From positions 12,759,958 to 12,823,957 of the forward strand of contig NC_057732.1 of the NCBI RefSeq assembly GCF_004010195.1: a stretch of 64,000 nucleotides of DNA, read 5' to 3'. Positions 53,291 to 64,000 of this stretch are shown one piece after another. Under the pieces are notes generated by a model. The model was given only the letters and a program-made list of their open reading frames with translations, was not told where the DNA came from and made no database searches. The translations under genes and the position numbers were made by a program. Source of the DNA: Chiloscyllium plagiosum. Its lineage: Eukaryota. Numbering within the stretch: position 1 is the first letter of the stretch; the number at the start of each line of letters is the position of its first letter.

Positions 53291-54124
53291 TTGTAGCAAA
53301 TGTGCGTGAGGCCGATTTTGTTTCGCATTTGTTGATTTATGGGGAGAGAGGAGAAGCTGGAAGGTTTTGCAAATGTATTTGTATCAAGTCGTTTTCGGTC
53401 TGAATACATTGGGTCGGGACCAGGCTGAGCAGCTGTTAGTTTTATGAAGTGGGAGGGATCTGCAGGGAGTCATCGAGTTGGTAAAGTTAGCTGCTGCGAT
53501 GCAAATCTCATTTTCAGTGTTACATTCCAGATACGATTGAAATTCCTCCGGTTGTTAGCACCAGCTGCTCTGAAGCATATGTATACATCGAATCATACAA
53601 GTTTACAGCATTCATTACATTTGTCTGAGTTAGAAGAATCAAAACTAATACTAGTGTCCTGCACTCTCAATAGCTCTACATTCATTTTTTAAAAAAATGT
53701 ATTGATTCCTGACTCAACCACTCCTCAGTGGATTCTTCATTAGCCTTCCATATTTTCACTTTTGATTTGATGATCCCTTACCATCTACCCTGCACAGCCA
53801 AAAGTCTTTCCTCATTCATTGTGGAACATTCAGTTGACGCTCCACTCCCGTTTTTCTGTCCAGTGAAAATTGTGCCAGTCTGCCCTCATAACATTACTCT
53901 TCAGTACCTGACATAATTGTAATAAGCTGCACTGTAAGATCCCATTTATACCATGCAAGCTATTTTTAATGCCTTTATATCTACCCGAACAACACTTAAA
54001 AAATTTTAGCCTGGAAATTGGTTTAACAATTAGTCTTTGTTGTTGTGGATCTTAGTTTAGGTTGTGCCATTGGTTAAGATTGTTCAGAACTGTTGGAGGT
54101 TAGACTGTTAGAAAACTTTATCTG

Positions 54125-55740
54125 TTAAGAAACAGGAACAGGAGTGGCCTGTTTGGCCTTTTGAGCCTGCACCACCATTCAATAGGGTCATGGTTGATCA
54201 GACATTTCTGATATCCACTTCCCTGCATTTTCCACTTAATCCTTTATTTCCCAGAATGTACCTATCTCAGCCTTGAATGTACACAAGGACTCTGCCTCTG
54301 CAGCTCTCTTTGGCAAGGAGTTCACAATCTTCTGAGAGAAGAAATTCATGCTCATCTCAGTCGCTTTATTCTGAGACTATGCTGTCTGGTCTTAGATTCA
54401 CCCATGAGGGGAAACATCCTCTCAGCATTTACCCTGTCCAGTTTCTTAGGGATCCTGTGTGTTTCAATGCGATCACCTCTCATTCTTCTAAACTCCAGTG
54501 AGGAATGTCCTCACATATTTAACCTTTGTTTATAAGACAATCCCTCCATGCTCGGCACCATCCCTAGTGAACCTTCTCTGAACTGTCTCCAATAAAATAA
54601 CGTATTTCCTACAGGACCAAAACTACTCACAGTACTCCAGATGTGGTTTCACCCGCACCTTGTACATTTGCAGCAAGACTTCCCTACTCTTATACTCCAA
54701 CCCTCTCAAAATCAGGATTAATATTCCATTAGCCTTCCTTATGACCTGCTATACCTTTATTTCATGCACAAGTGCACCCAAGTCCCTATGTGTTGCAGCT
54801 TTCTGCAGTTTTTCTCATTTAAATAATACTGTTATTTTGTCCTCCCTTCTAAATGAACAAGTTCATATTTTCCCACATTGTACTCCTTGTGCCAACTTTT
54901 GTGCACTTACTTAACCTATCAATATCTCCTTGTAAGTTGTTTGTATCCCTCCCACAACCTGCCTTCCACCTATTTTTGTGTCTTCTGCAAATTTGTCTGC
55001 AGTATACAGTATTGGCTTCCTTCCACCAAGTCATGAATATATATCATAAACAGTTGCGGTCCCAGCACTGATCCCTGTGTAACCCCACTGGTCACAGGTC
55101 ACCAACCTGAAAAAGAACCCCTTATCCCCACTCACTGTTTCCCGCCCATTAACCAATTCTCCGCTCATGCCAGTTTACTACCCACAACACTATGTTATCC
55201 TTATGGCAACTTTTTGTGAGGCACCTTGTCAACCACCTTCTGGAAGTCCAAATGCAACACATCTACTTGTTCCTCTCTATCCACTCTGGTTGAGACATCC
55301 TCAAAAAACTCTAATAAATTAGCCAAACATGACTTCCCTTTCATGAAGCCATGCTGACTCAGCTTGATGAGATTATGAATTTCCAAATGTTCTGATATTA
55401 CTTCCTTATTAATTTATTCCAATACCTTTCCAACAATAGTTGTTAGTCTAATCAGCCTGCAATTACTTGCTTTTTGCCTCCCTGCCTTTTTGAATAGAAA
55501 TATCACAATGATAGTTTTCCAAAACACTGGCACTTCTCACTATGCCTGGTGAAGAAGCAGCACACCGAATGCTTGTGATTTCAAATAATCTTGTTGGACT
55601 ATAACCTGGTGTTGTGTGACTTCTGACTTCTCAAGAATCCAAGGATTTTGTAAAATTACAACCACTGCATCCACTTCTTCTGTAGCTATCTCTTTTCAGA
55701 TGGAAGCCATCAGTGTAGGGAGACCTATCTACATTTAGTC
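54125..55740 (-). mobile_element. CR1-clade LINE fragment
   Basis: SQHGFMKGKSCLANLLEFFEDV..LDFQKVVDKVPH; small Penelope-type piece at about 55540-55625. Confidence 0.88.
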
Positions 55741-58419
55741 CCATTAATTGTCAAATATTATTTTATTATTTATTCCATTATTTTCTAAATATATACTGGA
55801 CAAGGCTTATCACAAAGCTTCACATAGAACCATCTTTCGGTAGATGCTGTTGTCGAGTGATCTTATATGCCCACTGTACATTTAAATATTTGACATTAAT
55901 CCTTTGCACTGCATTTCCTCAAATCTCAGATTCTATGTAACATATTATTTACATTTTCCTGCAGACACCAACACCTAATTTTGGTTACATAAACATCAAA
56001 TCATAGGAAGGGCCATAAGATCAACCAATCCAATTGATTAATTATTTTCTTAGCATTTGTATTGGAATGCACAAGTTTGATTTTTAATGTTGGAGTGCTC
56101 TACGATAATCAGTGTACTGTGGCAACCAACTTTGGCAATAAGAATCATGAGGCCCGAGGAGCAGAAAATTGTTAACAATTCTGTAAAGGTTCCAGGCTAA
56201 ATTCACCAATCCTTTGGCAAGCCTGACTGGAAATGCTACATTTCTCAACCTGGGAACATAGATCCCCAGTTGGAATTCAGATTTGATGCACTTACACTTT
56301 CATTTTTCAGTGCTTCTATATTTTAACCATTAATTATAACCTTGAGCTAACAGTATACTTTGGGATGAGGTCTTTGCGTCACTGATGGAAGCTGGTTAGT
56401 GATGAGGCTAAGGGGAATGTTCACAGTACCGCTTTGATTGTGACATCAGACATTAGAACCAGTCCTGCTCATTCAACCGGACCAACGTCTTAGCAAATAA
56501 GCTGCTGGTCATTACATACACTCTGGACAGCATCATTAAGAACTACAAACCTACCACTGGAAATAAGATGGAGTTAATCACTTATGAGTTAAGATTCTAA
56601 TGAGGAGAAGTATAAGAAATACATTAGACACTTCAAATCACTAGCAGATTTACCATGAGGAGTGAAGTAAAAGAGAAGTGGGATAAATGTTTTAGTGGAA
56701 TGACAAATAAAGTTTCTTGCATCATAAGCAAGTAATGTGATATTGTAGGTACATAGTGTTGCAAATATATTGTTTGTATACATTATGTTGGAAATATTTT
56801 ATCAGTGTCATATTTCATATTTCATACTCTCATATTTTATCTTGACTCCATCATGTGCTGTTGCATCAGTAAATTTTCCATATGTTAAGTACAAACCAAT
56901 GCTATCTCTTTTCTTGCTGCAGACTTTGGTTAGGATAAGAGGACCCTTCACCCAGGGTCACAGACAATCTTCTATCCAGGTGTCACTGGATTGGATTTAC
57001 AACAGCACTGAAAAGAAGGAGAAATTATTGTATTTAATTCAAAGTTAAATTTAAAGGTTATTTGGTTACCAGACACCAAATATGCTACTGAATAATAGAA
57101 TAACATCTCTCACAAGCTGTGAAAGTTTATGAAAAATGATATTCGGGATGAATGGAGAAGAGCAAGTAATTGTGTTGCCTCTCTTGCCCTACTCCCTCAG
57201 AAAGTTATACTATTTATCATAAGACAGTTTATGATGTACATAAATTAGCATTTTTAAGAAGTACAATGGTGTAAATATATTTCTGAATCAGTTGAGAAAA
57301 TAACAATGAAATCTTTGAACAGAAAAGCAAATCCAGTTTATGGAGCTAAGTAGCTTTTGCCAATTCCTTCACAGGTTTATTGACATATTGGCAATCAGTT
57401 GAGTTCAGAATTGCATTGGAGTGAAGCCTCTGCCAAAATCAGAAAGGGGGTCACAAAATTACACAATAAGAATAATGAATGCATTGGAAATTAATGGAGC
57501 AATGCAGATAATGCACACACAGGTGCTCCATCTGTGAAGGTCACAGCTGTTGTAATTCTTTTTACTATTTGTTTATTCCAATTACTGGAGGGAAGGTGGT
57601 CGATATTGGAGGTACTTGACAAAGAATTGTGTTCAACAGAACTTATAAGAGAGACACTGTATTGGAGGTAACAAAGATTTCTACAAAACAAGGAAGGTAG
57701 AAAATGTAAACATATATTGAAATACTGTCATAAAATATTTTATTGGGGAATGTCTGTGTTGTTTTCAAGTTTGCTTCTATATTATGAAAAGGTAGCTCTT
57801 TCTCCTTGCGTCATGCAGCTGGTCAGAATGGTAGTACACAAGGATAAGAATTGCCAACCCTCCCAACACCAATGTGATTTATGCCCCTTCCTTTGTCCCT
57901 ACCTCTCCCACACTTTTTATGGTCTGCACTAGCCTTAACAGGCAGCTGGAAAACACAGATCATTTACTGGTGCTGGTTATTAGCTGAAAAAATACCATGG
58001 GTGCTTTGGGAATGGGGAAAAAAGAAATAAATCATTCAGTTGTGTGTAAGAGCACTTCTGGATATGAAAACAAGTAGGGATCATCAAATTTACGTTGTCA
58101 CACACAGAGCCACTCTATAAATAGATCACGATAAATGCACAAGGAAAAGTGTAAAATGGGAAACTGTCAATAATTTAAATACTCTTGACATGTTGGCCTT
58201 GATTTCACAACATTTACTGGTGACCTGGATGAAACCTGCCCACAAAGGTGTTGCAATCCCTTTGGCATTGATTTCCCAATGCCAGTTTGAATCTGGCACC
58301 AAGCCAGGTTATCACTTGACATCCAGCAACAATGATGTCACCAAGTAGAGTAAATAGCTAATCACAATGATGGAGAGATATCATAGAAACTAAATTAAAA
58401 ATTAAAATACTCTGTTCTA

Positions 58420-58685
58420 TGGGCAACATGGTGGCTCAGTGGTTAGCACTGCTACCTCACAGTGTCAGGGACCCAGGTTCAATTCTGGCCTTGGGTGGCG
58501 TTCTGTGTGGAGTTTGTACATTCTCCCTGTGTCTGTGTGGATTTTCTCCCACACTCCAAAGATATGCAGGAGAGGAGATTTGGCCATGGGTTAAAACCCC
58601 ATATGGGGTGGAATGCTCTTTAGAGGGATGGTATAGATTTGATGGACCGAAATTGCTTCTATCTGCACTGTATGGATTCTATGCT
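58420..58685 (+). mobile_element. HE1-type SINE
   Basis: gggcaacatggtggctcagtggttagcactgctacctcacagtgtcagggacccaggttcaattc head; ggattctatg tail. Confidence 0.85.
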
Positions 58686-59164
58686 TTTTCAATTTTTTTA
58701 AGAGAGAGAAATAGGCTGGAGTTCATAGATATATACCTGGCATTGAGGTAGAAGCTAAAACATATGTTGATGGAGAAATTTGCATTGCAAAATTTGAACC
58801 TTTTGACAGTGAGTGGTTCAGATCTGGAATGCAGCACCTGGGATGTGGGGCAAGTTAATTTAATCATAGCTTTCAAATGGGAATTAAGTAAGAAAGTGAA
58901 AATAACAAATTGGAATAGATACCAGGAAGTGCTGGGCAGAGGGGCTCCCTGATTTACCTTTGCCAGGACAGTTCAATGCCCTCCTTCTCTGCTGTAGGCA
59001 TTCCTTTGAGGAAGAGAGTTCCACATTCCTACTACCCCTCTGGTTCCTAAATACTCTATCCTATGGCTTACTATGATTGTGTTCCTTCATTCTTGATTTC
59101 CGCAATTTAATGTTCTAATATGCTGTATTATTGGATAAAAATTGAAAGAACTGCATTTTCTGTA

Positions 59165-59420
59165 AATCAGAAACAAAAACAGAAATTGCTGGAAAAGCTC
59201 AGCAGGTCTGGAAACATCTGTGGACAGAATTCACAGTTAATACTTTGGATTGAGTGCCCTTCCTCAGAACTGATAGTAACTGGGAAAATGTCGGTTTATA
59301 TGCAGAAGATAGGGTGGGGGAAGGGGGTGAAGTGTAAATAGATCCCAAAGAGAGAGAAGAACAGTTGGACAGGCAAAGGAGTGGACAACAATCCAGCTAG
59401 GAAGGTGAATAGCTATTAAT
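59165..59420 (-). mobile_element. Penelope-like 3' fragment with degenerate hammerhead
   Basis: Same 3' tail as 34535-34722; minus strand gttCTGAGGAagggcactcaatccAAAG. Confidence 0.6.
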
Positions 59421-59982
59421 GACAATTGTGCTATACAATTGGATTGGTTTGTTGAGACAGGTGACGTGGATCCTATTTTAATATAATGACAACGTTTACA
59501 AATCTCATCACCAGATGTTTACCCGTTCCTTTCGATGTTTATGTACTGGAATAGAATGCATTGCCACATTGAATCATACAACACAGAAAGAAGCCATTCA
59601 GCCCATGATGATTGTGTTAGATGTACATCATAAACTGCTGGTGCTATTTGCAGTTTGATGACATCAATCTGAAAAGGTAATAATTTTGTGGTTAGGGCAA
59701 AGACTGGGATTATACATTTATCAGCATAAACGTGCAAGTAGTGTACTCAAGTCGTGGAATGAAATGACTAAGCAGATATGCCACCAATGACTACCTTACA
59801 AATACCAGTAAATAGATTTGAACATGATTTCCAGAAATTGAGTATGAGAGTAGGTTTAATAGGCTGTGATGTGTGTTTTGCTTCCTATAGGGTGTTGTAC
59901 CTGATGCAGGAATATTTATTTTATCCCAAGTAACATAAGAACTTATTACAGGTAATTTGGTATTGAAGGATCTAACAGACTT

Positions 59983-61755
59983 AAGAACATAAGCACTTGG
60001 AGCAGGAGTAGGCCACACGGCCCTTCGAGCCTGCTTCACCGTTCAGTAAGATCATGGCTGATCTTTTCTTGGACTCAGATCCACTCACCCGCACTCTCAA
60101 CATATACCTTAATTTCTTTCCTGTTCAAAGAAAACCTACCTTAGCTTTAAAAACGTTTACTGAAGTAGCATCAACTACTTCACTGGGCAAAGAACTCCAT
60201 AGCTTTACAACCCTCTGGATGAAGAAGTTCCTTCTCAATTCAGTCCTAAATCAGCTCCCCCTAATTTTAAGGCTATGCCCTCTTATCCTAGCTTCACCTG
60301 CCAGTGGAATCATCCTTTCTACTTCTTTCTTGTCTATTCCCTTTATAATTTTATATGTTTCAATAAGATTCCCCCTCATTCTTCTAAATTCCAATGAATA
60401 TAATCGCAGTTTACTCAGTATCTCTTCATAAGCCAACCCCCTCAACTCCGGAACCAACTTAGTGAACCTCCTGTGCACCCCCTCCAGTGCCAGTACGTCC
60501 TTTCTCAAGTAAGGAGACCAAAACTGCATGCAGTTCTCCAGGTGTGGCCTCACCAGCACCCTGTACAGCTGCAACATAACCTCCCTGCTTTTAAACTTAA
60601 TCCCTTTAGCATGAAGAACAAAATTCCATTTGACAAAGGGTCAGTTAGACTCGAAACGTCAGCTCTTTTCTCTCCTTACAGTTGCTGCCAGACCTGCTGA
60701 AATTTTCCAGCATTTTCTCTTTTGGTTACAAAATTCCATTTGCCTTCCTAATTACTTGTTGTACCTGCAGACCAACCTTCTGCGATTCATGAACAAGGAC
60801 ACACAGGTCCATTTGCATAGCAGGACGCTATAATTTTTTTTTTACCATTCAAGTAATAATCTTTTTTACTGTTACTCCTACCAAAATGGATGACTTCACA
60901 TTTATTAACATTGTATTCCATCTGCCAGACCTTTGCCCACTCACTCAATGTATCTATGTTCCTCTGCAAAGTTTCACAGTCCTATGCACACTTTGCTTTG
61001 CCACTCATCTTAGTGTCATCTGCAAACTTTAACACACTACATGTGGTCGCCAACTCCAAATCATCTATATAAATTGTAAATATATGTGGTCCCAACACTG
61101 ACCCCTGAGGCACACCACGAGCCACCGATTAACAATCATTAAACACCCATTTATCCCAACACCTTGTGTTGCTTTTTGTTAGTTCAGTGATAGTTAGTGA
61201 CAGTAGGACTCACAGGTCCATTTGCATAGCAGGACGCTATAATTTTTTTTTTACCATTCAAGTAATAATCTTTTTTACTGTTACTCCTACCAAAATGGAT
61301 GACTTCACATTTATTAATATTGTATTCCATTTGCCAGACCTTTGCCCACTCACTCAAAGTATCTATGTTCCTCTGCAAAGTTTCACAGTCCTCTGCACAC
61401 TTTGCTCTGCCCCTCATCTTCATGTCATCTGCAAACTTTGACACACTACACATGGTCCCCAACTCCAAATCATCTGTATAAATTGTTAATAATTGCAGTC
61501 CCAACACTGATCCCCTGAGACACACCACTAGTCACTGATTGCCAGCCAGAATAGCACTCATTTATCTCCACTCTTTGCTTCCTGTAAGTCAACTCTATCC
61601 ACGTTAATACTTTACCCCTAACGCCATGCATCCTTACCTTGTGCAGCAGCCTCTTATGCGGTACCTTGACAAAGGCCGTTTGGAAATCTAGGTACACCAC
61701 ATCCACTGGGTCCCCATTGTGCACCTTGCTCATAATGTTTTCATAAAAATCCAAA
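59983..61755 (-). mobile_element. CR1-clade LINE fragment with internal duplication and Penelope-derived insert
   Basis: [40 protein letters not shown]; insert 60633-60727 with 15-bp TSD acaaaattccatttg (60618-60632, 60728-60742). Confidence 0.9.
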
Positions 61756-62469
61756 AGAACACCAAAAGCATTTATGACAGTTCATTGATATACATATTAA
61801 TATTACATTCACAGACATATCTGAGTCTGGCCTGTTATTAAGCTACTCAGTTACAAATAATAGCACATTAACATCAACATGTCATGCTTCAAATGAACTG
61901 TGTTGAGATGGAGTCTGATACTTTTACACCCTGCTGTAACAGTGCTGAAACTATGAATGAAACTAGAAAGACATAATACAACGGGCTGAGTCTTTTTCTT
62001 GTTCAAAAGACAAGGTTGGATAATGACGTTATAGAGGTTTTTAAAGTTATATAAATTTTTGACAGAGTGGATACGGAGAGAAAATTTCAATTTAACAGGG
62101 GGTGGGGGAAGAGTGTGGACAGCAAAACCTAGAGTTGGTTTTCATAAGATAATCACCAAGAAATCTAATAGAGAATTCAGTATAAGCTTAGCAGATAACA
62201 GTAACAATGGTGAACTTGCTAGCAGTGGGTATGGTTGAAGTGAACATTATAGATCAGGCTTGTCCAACAGGCACTCAAGGGGTCCTCCATGTCTTGTGAA
62301 ATCTTTCTTCAAAATCCAGGTTGAATGTAACTGCAAGATTTTGAAAGTAGCCATTCCTTGAATGAAAGGTAATTTCTCTCCCGTGTTTTGAGTTGTGATG
62401 TTAGTAACAGGTCGAGGCAATGGAGGTTAGAGTGAGAGTCAGGCTGCCATGAGGAGTATGGTGTTTTGG

Positions 62470-64000
62470 GAATGATAATAGGTACATGAATGCACAATGC
62501 ATATGACATAAGATGGATGAGCTTGAGGCTCTTTTGGAAATTGGCAGATACGATATTGTGGGGATGACTGAGACGTGACTTCAAGTGGACAGGGCCTGGG
62601 AAATGAATATTCAAGGCTACACGTGCTATCGTAAGGACAGACNNNNNNNNNNNNNNNNNNNNNNNNNNNNNNNNNNNNNNNNNNNNNNNNNNNNNNNNNN
62701 NNNNNNNNNNNNNNNNNNNNNNNNNNNNNNNNNNNNNNNNNNNNNNNNNNNNNNNNNNNNNNNNNNNNNNNNNNNNNNNNNNNNNNNNNNNNNNNNNNNN
62801 NNNNNNNNNNNNNNNNNNNNNNNNNNNNNNNNNNNNNNNNNNNNNNNNNNNNNNNNNNNNNNNNNNNNNNNNNNNNNNNNNNNNNNNNNNNNNNNNNNNN
62901 NNNNNNNNNNNNNNNNNNNNNNNNNNNNNNNNNNNNNNNNNNNNNNNNNNNNNNNNNNNNNNNNNNNNNNNNNNNNNNNNNNNNNNNNNNNNNNNNNNNN
63001 NNNNNNNNNNNNNNNNNNNNNNNNNNNNNNNNNNNNNNNNNNNNNNNNNNNNNNNNNNNNNNNNNNNNNNNNNNNNNNNNNNNNNNNNNNNNNNNNNNNN
63101 NNNNNNNNNNNNNNNNNNNNNNNNNNNNNNNNNNNNNNNNNNNNNNNNNNNNNNNNNNNNNNNNNNNNNNNNNNNNNNNNNNNNNNNNNNNNNNNNNNNN
63201 NNNNNNNNNNNNNNNNNNNNNNNNNNNNNNNNNNNNNNNNNNNNNNNNNNNNNNNNNNNNNNNNNNNNNNNNNNNNNNNNNNNNNNNNNNNNNNNNNNNN
63301 NNNNNNNNNNNNNNNNNNNNNNNNNNNNNNNNNNNNNNNNNNNNNNNNNNNNNNNNNNNNNNNNNNNNNNNNNNNNNNNNNNNNNNNNNNNNNNNNNNNN
63401 NNNNNNNNNNNNNNNNNNNNNNNNNNNNNNNNNNNNNNNNNNNNNNNNNNNNNNNNNNNNNNNNNNNNNNNNNNNNNNNNNNNNNNTATTTTCCAGAGTT
63501 CGATAGATTCGGGGTCGGTTCCTGCGGATTGGAGGGTGGCTAATGTTATACCACTTTTTAAGAAAGGTGGGAGAGAGAAAGCAGGAAATTATAGACCAGT
63601 TAGTCTGACCTCAGTGGTGGGAAAGATGCTGGAGTCTATTATAAAGGATGAAATTACGGCACATCTGGATAGTACTAACAGGACAGGATAGAGTCAGCAT
63701 GGATTTATGAAGGGGAAATCATGCTTGACTAATCTTCTTGAATTTTTTGAGGATGTAACTCTGAAAATGGACGAAGGAGATCCAGTAGATGTAGTGTACC
63801 TGGACTTTCAGAAAGCTTTTGATAAAGTCCCACACAGGAGGTTAGTGAGTAAAATTAGGGCGCGTGGTACTGGGGGCAAAGTACTAGATTGGATTGAAAA
63901 TTGGTTGGCTGATAGGAAACAAAGGGTAGTGATAAACGGCTCCATTTCGGAATGGCAGGTGGTGACCATTGGGGTACCGCAGGGATCCATGCTGGGACCG
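62470..64000 (+). mobile_element. CR1-clade LINE ORF2 (APE start, gap, RT), runs off the window
   Basis: NIQGYTCYRKDR before the gap; [50 protein letters not shown] and GVPQGS after it. Confidence 0.9.
62643..63486. other. Assembly gap (844 N)
   Basis: Run of N. Confidence 1.

Noticed and set aside
62585-63691. 368-aa ORF
   Set aside because: Mostly the N gap; the flanks are CR1 ORF2.
1-64000. CRISPR arrays, operons or other prokaryotic systems
   Set aside because: Vertebrate intron-exon DNA; no regularly spaced repeat-spacer array was seen.

Overview
Eukaryotic, repeat-rich genomic DNA, very probably from a shark or ray. HE1-type tRNA-derived SINEs and HER/CR1 LINEs are scattered throughout. 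The one host gene I can support is a troponin T gene on the minus strand. Thirteen coding exons (47756 down to 4765) splice in frame with GT-AG boundaries to 795 nt / 264 aa: [265 protein letters not shown] probable non-coding first exon and CpG-rich promoter lie near 53.1-53.3 kb. The protein is TNNT2-like but mosaic and may belong to the non-amniote TNNT4 class. The rest is decayed CR1 and Rex1 LINEs, SINEs, a solo LTR, Harbinger remnants and an 844-nt gap. The most notable non-genic signal is a set of Penelope-like-element derivatives carrying minimal hammerhead ribozyme motifs (CTGANGA...GAAA-CG-TH). Many are short fold-back insertions with 10-16 bp target-site duplications, and their truncation or inversion points cluster in the ribozyme. 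Also notable is a degenerate, stop-containing duplicate of one troponin T exon. Repeat boundaries are approximate (read by eye); exon boundaries were counted base by base.
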